Assembly (NCBI RefSeq): GCF_009914755.1 | Contig: NC_060937.1 | Length of the DNA: 64,000 nucleotides | DNA from: the human T2T-CHM13v2.0 reference genome, Homo sapiens | Direction: 5' to 3' (one strand) | Part shown: piece by piece, positions 27,032-39,221 of the stretch | How the letters are laid out: the number at the start of each line of letters is the position of its first letter | Position numbering within the stretch: position 1 is the stretch's first letter | The notes under the pieces: model-generated | What the model saw: the letters and a program-made list of their open reading frames with translations, nothing else | The model's database searches: none | What the model was told of the DNA's origin: nothing | Program-made: the position numbers and the translations under genes

Positions 27032-27599
27032 AACATTTCATTTTCAAATGTTAAATTAACATATATGTTCTCTACTGACCATGAGAATTCTTAAGATAAC
27101 TGTGTGGCAGGTTTAATGTAATGGACAAAGAGTGCCAGCCTGCTGTTGGACTTCAACTCTTTTGGGCATGCTGAGGCCAAAAAGTCAGACATAAAGACTT
27201 AAGTCAGTCATCCAAAGACTGGCAGCTTGATATCATGCAGGCAAGTTATCCAGATGACTGAATTTTGTCTTTTTCTGCTTGTGTTTTGGGATATAGCTGT
27301 TTATGTATGTTTGTATGTTCTGTTGTGTTTCTGTCAGGCATGAGTCACTAAATTTTACATGAGCTAAATCCTTCTTGGAGATGTGTTCAGGCTCAGAGCT
27401 CAACTTTGTGGCAAATTCTGGCTTCTTGGTGCTAGCATTCCAGGTGCTGATTCTGTTTCTCATCTCTTCCTAATGCCACACCCCTTCCTGTTCTTATGCC
27501 TCCTGCCATGTGGTTAGAGAGTGACGGGCTGAAGAGGTTAGTCCCACAGACGCCTGGGCACCAGCCCTGCCTCAGCAGCACCTGCTATTTTTTATTTCT

Positions 27600-27865
27600 T
27601 GTTTTTCCCAACCTCAGCCGCTGGCAAGTACCATTCTACTTTCTGTCTCTGTGAGTCTGACTACTCTAAGTACCTCATCTAAGTGGAATCATGCAGTTTT
27701 TGTCTTTTTGTGACTGGCTTATGTTACTTAGCATAATGTCCTCAAGGTTTATCCATGTTGTAGCACATGTTAGCATTTCCATCCACTTTAAGGCCAAATG
27801 ACATTCCTTTGTATGTATACACCACAGTTTGTTTGTTCATTCATCCATTAGTGAACATTTGGATT
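27600..27865 (-). mobile_element. L1MB 3'UTR fragment
   Basis: CCATTCTACTTTCTGTCTCT...AAGTGGAATCATGCAG..TGTGACTGGCTT. Confidence 0.8.
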
Positions 27866-27899
27866 AAGGACTACAACTTACACGTGAGTGCAATATTTG

Positions 27900-28020
27900 G
27901 GGAGGCAGTGTGTGTGTGAGGGAAAAACACCATGAACTTTATGGTCAACAGGCTTGGGTTCCAGTCATGGCTCTGCTGCTTATTAGCAAAACCTTGAAAA
28001 AGTTACTTAGCCTCTCTTTA
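27900..28020 (+). mobile_element. MIR fragment
   Basis: CTTGGGTTCCAGTCATGGCTCTGC...AAGTTACTTAGCCTCTC. Confidence 0.65.
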
Positions 28021-28029
28021 AAAAAATTT

Positions 28030-28885
28030 TTAAAAATTTAAAGTATATCTTGAATGCAAAAGAGAATGTAAATGTCCATGTCCAGTTTGGAGAGCAATAA
28101 TATAATAATACAAAAATAGAGCAAGCAGCCATATACTGACCACCCAGACTAAGAAAGTGAACATTACTCGGACCTTTGAAAGTCTTCAGCACCCCTCCTG
28201 GTTGACTCTTTTCACTTCTGTCCTGAACTAGTATCCTAAATTTCATGCAAATTAGTCTTGTGTTTTTCTCTGCAGTTTTACCATACCTGTAGATCTCTAA
28301 ACAATGTATTGTTTGATTTTGGGGTGCTTTTTGGACTTTATATTAATGAAATTTCACTGTTATTTTTCCTTTAAGCTTTAATTTTTTGAGACTCACCCTT
28401 GTTGAAATGGATAGCTATAGTTGATTCATTTTTATTATTATAAACCCTCCCTCCCTCCCTCCCTCACTCCCCCCTCCCTCCCTCCCTCCCTCTCTCCCTC
28501 CCTCCCTCCCTCCCTTCCTTCCTTCCTTCCTTCGTAGAAGGTAGGCTCCTGCCTCCTACTTGAAAATATATGAGACTTCCTTCCTTCTTTCCTTGTTAAT
28601 TTTTATACTACTGTAAACTATGCTGTCATGAACTTTCCCACACATATTTCCTAGTACATGCATGAGAGTATCTCTAGGGTATCTCCATAGGAGTGGAATT
28701 ACTTGGGCTTAGGGTAATTGCATGTTCAACTTTATTAGGTATTGCTCAGTTGTTTCCTAAAGTGGTTAACCCAAGTTGTTCTCCCACCAGGAGTGCATGA
28801 AAATCTCCCTTGTGCCACATCTTTGCCAACATCTGCCATGACTTTAAAAATCTTCTGTCAATCTAGTGGATGTGAAATGGCTTTA
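28030..28885 (-). mobile_element. L1ME-type fragment
   Basis: GGAGTGGAATTACTTGGG..CCAGGAGTGCATGA..CCACATCTTTGCCAACA. Confidence 0.65.
28445..28593. repeat. (CCCT)n/(CCTT)n microsatellite interrupted by a 44-bp foreign insert
   Basis: Seen directly. Confidence 0.9.
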
Positions 28886-29439
28886 CCTTCCCTTTAAAAA
28901 TATTTAGTCTCAGCTCTTCTTATTGTGCACTTCTGTGGCGATGAGTGCAATGTATGTAGTGTACCAACGAGAATTATTTTAGAGCAAGATTCTCCTTCCA
29001 TGAACGAAGCTGGTGGAGCATCACAGATAGTAACTCTGTAGAGATTCCTATTATTGATGAGAATCAATACTAATATAAACATTGACTAATTCCTAAGCTG
29101 ACTTCTTGCCTTCCCCCAGGAGTAAAAGGGATTTTTTTACTGGTCCCCAGCTCCAAATCCTGGTGTTAGGCATCGAGAAGTATCAATCAGGCTTCTACTG
29201 GAGACATCACGAAGGATGCAGAAAATACAGGTCATCACCTAATCATAAAAGGGAGGAGATGATCTGCCGAGTTCCAGACAAAGGATAGATACTTTCCTGT
29301 ATGTAAATCCCTGCAATATTCTCTTCAAGGTAGGGGTAACAGCTGATATAGGGGTAACATTCTTAAGGACGGAGAACCAGACCCAGAGTTGAGTCAGTCA
29401 TGTAAAAATATATTTTAGTTCTGACTGTTCCAAATACTG

Positions 29440-30915
29440 TCCTTGAACACAAAATGAATATACAAGGTTCCTGCCCTCAAGAGTTTTATACCCAGTCTGG
29501 TAGAAAAAAACAGATGTGAATACATCTATAATTGCATTTTCATATGTTAAGGGAGATGCATGATAGAGGTATATTATAGATACAGGGAAGGCTTCTTAGA
29601 GAAGGAGACACTTGAACTGAGCCTTGAAGGATCCATAAGAGCTTATCAGGCAGCAAGAGGGACATTTCAAGTAGAGAAGACAACATGAGCAAAGTAACAG
29701 GACTGTGAAGGAGCATTTTATTTCTCAGGAGTTCCAGGAGTTCAGTAGCTGGTGAAAGGAGAAAGAGGATTTTTGGAGTCACAGGCAGGAGATAGATCTT
29801 GCAGGACTTGTATGAGTCCAATGCAAGGAGTTTGAGCTTTATGGGAGCCTTTGATAAAGCAGGAGGATAACATGGTTAGATTTTGGTTCTAGAAAAATCA
29901 CTCTGATGCCTATGTAAATTGGAGGGACAAGACTAGGGGCAGGGAGGATAGGATGTAGTAATGATAGTTCAAGCAAGAGATGAGGAAGTCCTGAATTAGG
30001 TGAGGCAATGAAGACACATTTCAGTTCTTCTCAGGTTTTTGTGACTAGCAGACATGGTGAGTGAGAGAGTGGTCCGTGTTCAGGATGCCTCCTGGGTTTT
30101 TGTTTCTGTTGTAGACTGGACAATGGCACCATTCACCGGGACAGTGAATACATGAAGATGAGTAGGCTTGGGATGAGACATTGACAATGACCTCAGGGAT
30201 GGACATGTTGAATTTGTGGGGTCTGTAGGACATTCAAATAGAAATGTCCAGTAGTTTCTAGGGTGACCAGCTCATTCTGATTTGTCTGGGACTTTCTTAG
30301 TTTTAAAACTGAAAGTCTTGCAGCCCAAGAAATCCTTCAGTCCCAAGAAAACTGGAATGGTCTAGAACTCAGTAGAGTTTAGACTAGAGAGACTGATTTG
30401 GAATTTATGGAAGCCATAGGCATGGATGAACATTCATAGGGTGTGTGGAGAGAGAGAAGAGAAGAAGGCCAAAGGTTGTTCCTGAGCAAACCAACCTTTG
30501 ATGGGTAGGAGAGAAAGAGGAATTCATGAAGGGGCCTCAGATGGGAAGCCTGGAGAGACAGGGAAGAGATATGAGAAGATAAGGTTGTGAAAGCCAAGGT
30601 TGGGGGGAACAATTGTAAAGGAGGGAATGGTCAACTATGTCTGAGACTGCAGAAAATTGATGGGTGGACTGGCTTTTTGAAGTGGTCAGGACTTTTTGTA
30701 ACAGACTGATTTTGTAATAAGAAGTCAGGGGAGGGGTGACCCACAGCGAGGAAGGGGATACACACTTTTAAGAAGTTATAGTGTGGAATGACAGAAAGAA
30801 GAGCTAAGCTAGTATGGGAAATAAAGATGAGGGAGAGTTTCGAAAAAATTAAAGAAATGTGATCTGGTTTATAATGAGGGAAAGAAGTTAGTGTAGAAAG
30901 ACAGATTGAAGGCAT
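29440..30915 (-). mobile_element. Long L2 fragment
   Basis: CCTGCCCTCAAGAG, GGAAGGCTTCTTAGAGAAGG, AGAAAAATCACTCTG, GGACATGTTGAATTTG, GAAATGTCCAGTAG antisense L2 landmarks. Confidence 0.85.
30259..30360 (+). mobile_element. MER81 (hAT-Blackjack) MITE nested in L2
   Basis: TAGGGTGACCA..GGGACTTTC..AGTTTTAAAACTGAAAGTC..CAGTCCCA; 3' TIR eroded. Confidence 0.7.
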
Positions 30916-31464
30916 AAGGGGGATAACTGTTAGAATAATTGGGAGGGATGGGGTGAACTAGAGCAGACCCCTCTTTTGAGACCAAAGATATCAGTGGGGA
31001 GGGGTGTGGGGAGGGGTGTAGCAAGGGCATGTAGCCACTTAGCTACAGAGTTGGGATTTGAATCAATGTCTGCCAGATTTCAAAAGTCATATGATTTCCA
31101 CCTCTTCTTAGAAAAATACATATAGCCTCAGTAAAAGATGTGCACACATGCATAATCACTTAGTGCTACACACAGACAGATACGTGCTGCTGGTGAAATT
31201 GCGGAAGTGATCAGAACAATTGGAGCCAGGTGTAGTTCATCTGGGGCGCTTAACAGGAAAGATGAACTTTGAACAGAATTCTCAGGGAATAGAAGAACGT
31301 GGTGAGACAAGAGTTAGATTAAATTTTTTGTAAGAAAATTAAGTCATTCTCCAAATCATTCTTCCTTTCAGAAACTTGCTTTGAGGATATAAAAAATTTG
31401 CTTCTTGTTCTTATTGGTGTGTAGATTCTCAATAGATGAAATCACAGTAGAGTATATTATCCCA

Positions 31465-31903
31465 TGTAGTGGGTTGCTAGTCCCTACCTCTTCCATATCC
31501 ATTTTTTTCCTTTTCTTTCATAGCAGCAGAATTTTTAAGTGATATCATGGCCCCTCAACTACCTATTACATTACCCACCCTTCCCTTGTTCTTGACCAAG
31601 GCCTGGCCAATTGGATGTGCTCAGAAGTGACAATGCCACTCCTGGTTGTGCCTTTAAAGGGAGAGATACGTCTTCCTTGCCCTCTTTTCTCTACTCTGCT
31701 GCTTGGAATGCAGAGTAGTAATGGTGATCAGTCTTGAACCATGTGATGAGAGCAATGTCCTAGGGATGGTAGAGCAACAATATAACTGGAGCTTAGGTCT
31801 CTAAAACTGAGGGACCCTAACACTGAGAGGCTACCTTAAAATAAGCCATTGCTAATTTGGATTTATGTTACAGTAGTTGAATCATATATGTAATAAGACT
31901 AAC
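31465..31903 (+). mobile_element. MLT1J-like MaLR LTR
   Basis: CTGGCCAATTGGATGTG..GAAGTGA, CTTGAACCATGTGATGAG, GGATGGTAGAGCAACAA, TAAGCCATTG. Confidence 0.7.
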
Positions 31904-32529
31904 ATAAACAATGACATTTCTTTGTAGTATTCATATGCATTTCCAGGATAATACTGATGTCTGAATTCTTTGCCTGTTTCAGTCCCATATTAAAGACTTC
32001 CAGAGAGTGTATCCCTGTGAGCTTAAATTCCTTTGCCTGAAACCTAACTCAGAGTCACATCTAGGTACAATTATATCAACTGGGAAGGATGAGGCAGGGT
32101 TAACCTTGGTCAAGATCATCCCTGATCACCTTTCTTGGTCATGCATTCTTGGTCATCGCATGAAACATGTATTTTCTTAATCTATTTCATTTTTTAGGAA
32201 GCTGTTGAGGAGTTGGTTTGTCAGTTAGCATTGCATTTAGCTGTGAATAACAAAACTTGACTAGATGGTGGCCTAAACAAGTTAGGGTTTTAAGTTTTTT
32301 CTCGTGTGGAACAAAAGGCTGACTGTGGTAGGCAGTTCAGAGCTTTATAATGCACTCAATGTCCCCCTAGGATACCTCTGTTTTTCTACCTAGCAAACTT
32401 AGCATGTAGTTTTTGTTTTCATGTTTGTCATCTCATGGTTCTTCTTTAGGCATCACATCTGTGTTCTAGGAATGAAAAGGGGAAAATGTAAAGAAAAAAG
32501 TGCAAGCCTACTGAGTTGATTCTCTCATT

Positions 32530-33415
32530 TTCATAAAAATTTTATAGTGACATATACATACAGAAAAGTTCACAAATCACAAGTATGTAGCTTGATTAAT
32601 TTTTACAAAGTGAACATACCAATGTAACTGGCACCCAGGAGACACACTAGAACATTTCCAGCACTTCAGAATCCTTATTCCCTTGAAATACCTCTTATAT
32701 ACCCCAAAGAATGGCATAGATTAATTTTGCCTGATTTTGAACTTTATGGAGTCATATAGCAGATACTCTTTTGTGTCTGACTTCTTTTGTTTAACATAAT
32801 GTTCGTGAGAATCACCCATATTATTTCATAGAATTGTAGAACATTTATTCTCACTGCTATATTCTAATGTATAAATATAAATTTTAAAAAATCCATTCCG
32901 GTATTGTTGGGCATTCAGGTAGCTTGCGGGTTTTAGTAATTATAAATTATGCTACAATGACTATTCTAGTACACATCTTTTGGTGAACATATGTTCACAT
33001 TTCTGTGGATATATACCTATATGAAGAATCCCTGGATTGTAGATTGTGTTTATATTTAGCTATGCTCCTGCAAAACAATTTCTCAGAGTATTTTTTATCA
33101 ATTTATCATTCCACTAGTAGTGTACAAAATTTCAGTTGTTCCATATCCTTGGCAACACTTGGTATTATCCATCCCTTCAATTTTGGCCATTCCAATGAGT
33201 ATGTGATAGTATCATATAATGTTTTTAATTTTTATTTCCCTAATAACTAATGAATCACCTAAAGTTGAGGTACTTTTCATTTCATATGTTTATTGGTTAT
33301 TTGGATATCCTCTTTCGTGAAGTGCTTTCTGTAATTTTTTTTGTACAGTTCTCATTTATTGACTGTCTTTTTGATATTGTTTTATAAAGCTCTCTCTATC
33401 TTCTGAATATGAGTC
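32530..33415 (-). mobile_element. L1ME/MC-type 3' fragment
   Basis: TTTACAAAGTGAACATACC, TCTTTTGTGTCTGACTTCTTTTG, CCATATCCTTGGCAACACTTGG. Confidence 0.8.
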
Positions 33416-33416
33416 T

Positions 33417-33572
33417 TGCATTAGCTTGCTAGGGGTGCCTTAACAAAACACCACAGACTAGATGGCTTAACCAACAGAAATTTATTTTCTCACAGTTCCG
33501 GAGTCTAGAAGTCCAAGATCAAGGTGTCAGAAGGGCTGGTTTCTCCTGAGGCCTCTCTCCTTGGCTTGCAGA
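33417..33572 (-). mobile_element. MLT1B/C fragment (3' end of LTR)
   Basis: CCACAGACTAGATGGCTTAA..TTCTCACAGTTCCGGAG..AAGTCCAAGATCAAGGTGTC. Confidence 0.8.
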
Positions 33573-34410
33573 CTAGAAAATATAGTATTTTTAGATGGAC
33601 CTATTGTCACTTTGCACAAAGCTGAGATTTTTTGAAAAGAGGAGAATGGACAGGCAACTAGCAAGGTCTGGCTCAGTCCCTAATTTTTCTAAAACTAGTA
33701 GGGATGAAGGAAGAAGAAAGGAAGTGGTACCTTCTTTTCTTATCAAATGAGCAGTGTTCCAGGGCTTGTGCTGTTACAGCTGGAACCACATTGGCGCAGC
33801 TCAGGGGAATCAATGGTTCTTGTTATTCCCTGGTCTGCTGAGATTGGGCTAAGCAGGAATAAAGGTCACAGCAGCTCTTCTAGTAAGCCTATGGGATGGC
33901 CATGATGGTTCCCATGGAAAGTGTATAGGCCAGAGAAGATTCTCCCCACCACCAATCTCATTTATGGTTTGATGGAGCTGAGAGTCCCAGAAAAGCATTC
34001 CATGACATTTCAGCCCAATGCATCCCCTGGTAAGAGAAAATTTTCATATCAGTTTTGGAACAAAAGATTGTAAAAATATTTCAGGAAATAAGCCCTAGTT
34101 CACATTGTCACATATAACTACATAAAGGGCATTGAATTATCTTACTTATATTTTTAATAAGATGATTTTTAGTATTGCTCATCAACTCTTCCCCTTCCCC
34201 TCAAACAGGCTTGAGACTGTTCACTAGTATATAGGGTAATCTGTGCCTTGAAAGAAAGAAGATGTGATATCTGTTTTCTACTACACTGATTTGAATCTGT
34301 TTTCTCCAAACTGCGACCCAATCTAGCAGAATGTAAGGAGCCTATATTGGCATACTAAGACCACTGCCCTCCCATTTTTATTGAAAAAGGCCAAGAATGA
34401 AAAAGCAAGC

Positions 34411-34850
34411 TGTCTTAGTCTGAGAGACAGACATCAGGGTGGGATTAAATGTGCAAGGATTTTGTTAGGGGAAATACCTGTCTGGGAGAAAATGGGTAGG
34501 GAGCAGAAAGAGCTGTTAGACTATGGAACAAGTCTATCTCACAAGTGGAGAGAGGGAAGGAAGGTTAGGTGGAAGTGTCCTAGACCATTGTGCAGCCTAA
34601 GGAAGCTTCAGCAAGGTTGTTATGGAGTCTGTGAACCAAAGTTGGCTGTCAGAGGAGTCCCTTGTGTCCCAGGAACAGGCTTGCCCACCACATCCAGTCA
34701 TTGGCTAGGAGCAGCCTGTGGCTGGGAGCAGCCAGTATGGACGTGGTACAAATGTGATGGTGGATCTCAGAGTGCAGCAGCTGAAGACCTTGGTCAATTA
34801 CCTTCCCTGTAGCTGGATATTTGCAAGGCACATTCTAATGGCAGCTTAGT
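34411..34850 (-). mobile_element. ERVL solo LTR (LTR16-family-like)
   Basis: TGTCTTAGTC start; GAGAGGGAAGGAAGGTTAGGTGGAAGTGTCCTAGAC; CAGTCATTGGCTAGGAGCAGCC. Confidence 0.65.
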
Positions 34851-34873
34851 TTGCTTTTGCTAGAAATTAAAGA

Positions 34874-35287
<414 letters not shown>

Positions 35288-38200
35288 TCAGAAGAGAAGG
35301 GTTAAAGAAGGGATATTGGATGAACCCAAAGTCCATAATATTAAAACTGAATGCACTATGAATTATTTTCATTTTAAATTCTATTGTCTTTTCTTGAGTA
35401 GGTGCTATGAATAGTTTTCTTAAAAGTTTAAACAAAAACTTTTCAAATAGGTTGATTTTCAGGTCTGAAAACATCTGAATCAAACATTTGGTGTGTAGTG
35501 ACATAGCAAAACAAATTCAGGTCAGGATCCCTGACCTATGACTTGTTGACAGATTCACAGATCAGTGTGCTCATGTTTTGAAAACAAGCAACCTAGGCAT
35601 GTAAGGCAAGATATCAGATATCTGAGAATCAACTTTTTGTTGCTAGTTTTATTTTTATATTGCACACCATCAAGTCCTAGAAAGGGCAAACACAAGAAGG
35701 CACCAAAGCTAAGTTCTGAATTTGGCCCAGGGACAAACATCCATGTAACGGCCATAGCAGCAGGGCCTGCAAACCTGATTTATTCCTCTGTCATCTCTCT
35801 AAATCACAATTTATGCTGATAAGGTGACCTAACTTGTTTAAAAGTGAAATGGAGAAGGTTGATGAAAATTTACTGCATCCCAGGTTTGTGGGTTGGACGC
35901 CTCCATTAGCAGCAGGACCACAGGAAAAAGGAGTGGGAGGAATACAGCCAGAAACAGGTTCTCACTCTGAACAAGATTAAGAGATGGAAGAGCTCATGAG
36001 ATCATCTCACTGAACTCCCCACTTTACTGCCTGAAAGGCTTGGGAGAGGAGGGGCATGTCTGAATAATCTATTTTCTGATTTTTCTCTTTCTTCATTAGA
36101 AGTGATTTAGCTGATGACTTTCCTGCCATTTCTCTTGGGGAGATAGTCCTTAACACACACATGAAAGTCATCAGTATTAGGAAGTTTCTTCAGATGATTA
36201 TTATTTTTTTCAGAGGATTTTATGGCATTAGTCTTCCTCCAACCACCGTGAAATCCTTTTTCTTCCCAGTTTCCTCTCCCATGATACCTATGAGTTATTA
36301 TTCGTCATGTTAGTTTTCCAACCACTCAGCTAGGGCTCTTCTTTCTTTTCTGATTCATGGGCAGGTCAATCCTTTGAAAGGATTTGCCACACACATGATT
36401 CATCAATGGCTTTTGGTTTTCTGTTATTCATTTAGTTCTTGAGGGGTCCTAGAGCCTGTGACCAAATGACACACTTGATGGCTTCCTGAAGGAGCTTTCT
36501 CAAAAGCAATAGAATTTCCTTGCATATTTGAATCTGCTCTTGCAGCAGTTTGAAGCTGTGAGCCCAGCTCTGTGAAGCAGAAGGTTAGACATTACCACAG
36601 ACTCCAAGGCTTGGAAACACTGCAGGACATTTTGTAAACAGAAGTGCAGCCTTAGGAACACATCTTCAGCATACGGGGGAAGTTCCAGCACATTTCACAA
36701 GAGGGAAAAGTAATGCAAGGAAAGGATAATTTCAGTCTTCTGTGTTGATTACCCTTCTCCTTGCCCTCTGTACAAGGGGGTTAGCAAGGGCAGCTGGTCG
36801 CAAGACTGCAGCTGTTCTTAATTGTTGATTTTAGCTTTGCAGTGGTCCCTTGTGGGAAAAGATGCCACATCTGTACCATGGAATGTACTTACAGGTGTTT
36901 GAGAGATGTTTTCTTTCCTACAAGTTACATGACACTCTGTAACAGACAAGCTATTAAGACATACCAGGCTGATGTCCAGAGACATGGGCTTAAATGGCTC
37001 CCTTCCTTTTCTCCATTCTTCTCATACATAGACCTGTGAAAAAGATCTGCTTTCTGCTTAAGCCAGGGAAGGGTGCATTTCTGACATTCTCTCTTTCTGT
37101 TCCCTGCAAATGGCCTGGATACATCAACAGCAAAAGAGAACATCAGGTTCAACTACTTTACAAACCTGCTCAAAGTAGGCTCAGGTTAAAATGGGTCCCT
37201 AGTTGAAAGCAATGTTAAAAAAATACAAAAACGAGCGTATGAGAAATATTAGCTTTTTCTTTTAAAAAATACAAAGGCTACTTGAGTAAAAATAAAATCT
37301 GTTTTTTGTTTGTTTGTTTTGTTTTGTTTTCTATGAGTGAAATGCTACAACTTGGGTTCTAGATTAGGGCAGGGCATGCATTCATGTTTGTTTTGTTGGT
37401 GTAACAATGGGTTTCGTTAAGTGGTTGTGGGTGTCTCATACGCAATAGGACACATTGAATGCATTGATATGAATGGATTAATACTAGTACAGTACTCGCT
37501 CCTCCTACCTCCCCACTCCCTTTAGGTTTGAGGCAGCTAAAGCTGCTTCTTCCCTGGACTCCACATCTATTCTGGCTCACCTGTGATTATCCCCCATGCC
37601 TACCCTGACAACCCACTCTCGACTATGCTTAGGATCAGCACCTAGACTCTCCTGGCCCTGTGCCTACTGTGGTGGACACATACCTGTGTCTCATGAGGGT
37701 GGGATGGGAAAGAAGACAGACCTTGCATATACTGGCTGAAGTGTTCACATGCATGTAATCAGTGTTCCTCGACCTCGGTAAGAAACCACAGGGCTGCCCA
37801 GTCCTGGTCCCTGCGTGTGTTCTTGCCTGCATCTTACAAATATTAGGAACAGGCCCACACTAGCATGCTATCTCTTTTGGTGTGTTACTTTCAAAAAAGG
37901 AAACAACATGAATTTTCATTAAAAATACAGGTAAATTTCTCACTCATTCTAAATCCTGAAGGCAGGTGCACAGAAAATTAGTCTCAATGGAAACAGAAAG
38001 TGAAATTGACCACTTTTATTTCTCCCTTTTAAGTAAATTACCTCCCTCAGCAGAGAATGTATTTATTCCAGAATTAATCTGAGCATTTGAAAGTTATTGA
38101 CGTTTTAGAAAAGTATATCCAAAGGATTGATAGTGGCAAGCTGAACAGTATTTTAAAAACCCACAAAATGTGCCAAGGTCTGAAGGCCATTCAAGTTCAG

Positions 38201-38992
38201 GGTTGTGATAATAAGCATAACCGTAACTCTGAATTCTGTGAGTTCAATCAAATGCTTGGACTATACAATCAAGTAAAAAGCTTGACAGATTTTTTTATAG
38301 TGCACAGCTTAGTAAGAGCTCAGTAAATATTTACTATATTTAAAAAAATCCACCCAGTGTCTGGATGGGTTTGGTCACAGTAGTTCATCATGTAGCCCAA
38401 GATAGGGTAGCCCAAGTCAGCCTAAATCTCGTGGTGCTTCAGTGGCACTGAAAGCCAACCATAGCTTCCAAACCTGACGTAGATACTTTAATGTGATAAA
38501 GTGGAGCTAATTTTCCCATTTCATGTGTAAGTAGATGCAAGAGTGCACTCACCTCAATGTGGTTTGATTCCTATCCCGCAAAAGCACACTTCAGTCTCAG
38601 TATTCATGATGGTTTCAGTTCACTTATTGGTCATTGTCCCTTTGCTCTTTGGTTCTCTGGTCTCAGTGTAAGAATGCACACTGATTTCTGTTAGATTCTA
38701 TCTGGGCAGAGGGGCGGGGATGGATTATCTTTCTGTGATTGTGTATGAGTTTGGGAGTGGATGAATAGAGGAGGAGTTATGTAGTGAGAAGATGGGTACA
38801 CTCTGATGAGGGTCTCCAGTGGCGGCCCAAAGTGATTCATGAAGTAGTAGAAGCTGATTTTTGCTCTCTCCAGCCTTCTGCTTTCTAGCCTTAAAGCATC
38901 GTGGGTTTTTTCCCCTCTCAGGACTCGATTCCCTACGGTGAAAACCCTAATTTATATTTTTTTCTGCTCTGTTCCTATGTGGAATTAACTCT

Positions 38993-39221
38993 CAGTGTTT
39001 TTCAAATTGTGAATCTTGACCCATTAGTAGTTGTTAAATTAATGGGTCAAGCCAGTAGTAAAAAATGAAGTCATATGAAATATATTAGGAAGTGTCAGAG
39101 CACATCTTAGGCAGTAGGGAAAGTATTGCTTCTGCAAAAACTTTTATTTCAATTGTACGTGTATGAGAGAGTACTGAACAGTACTGTAAAGGTTGTGATG
39201 AGAACAATTTGAAAAGCACTG
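38993..39221 (+). mobile_element. hAT-Charlie MITE (MER103C-like)
   Basis: 18-bp TIRs CAGTGTTTTTCAAATTGT / ACAATTTGAAAAGCACTG; internal GACCCATTAGT motif. Confidence 0.7.

Larger units (their letters stand above)
32220..33680 (-). mobile_element. Old MLT1(J/K-like) LTR split by L1 and a younger MLT1 fragment
   Basis: TCAGTTAGCATTGCATTTAGCTG..GGCCTAAACAAG start; GGACAGGCAACTAGCAAGGTCTGG end at about 33675. Confidence 0.5.

Noticed and set aside
29331-29359. 11-bp direct repeat TAGGGGTAACA with an 18-bp period
   Set aside because: Ordinary slippage duplication with only two units; not an array
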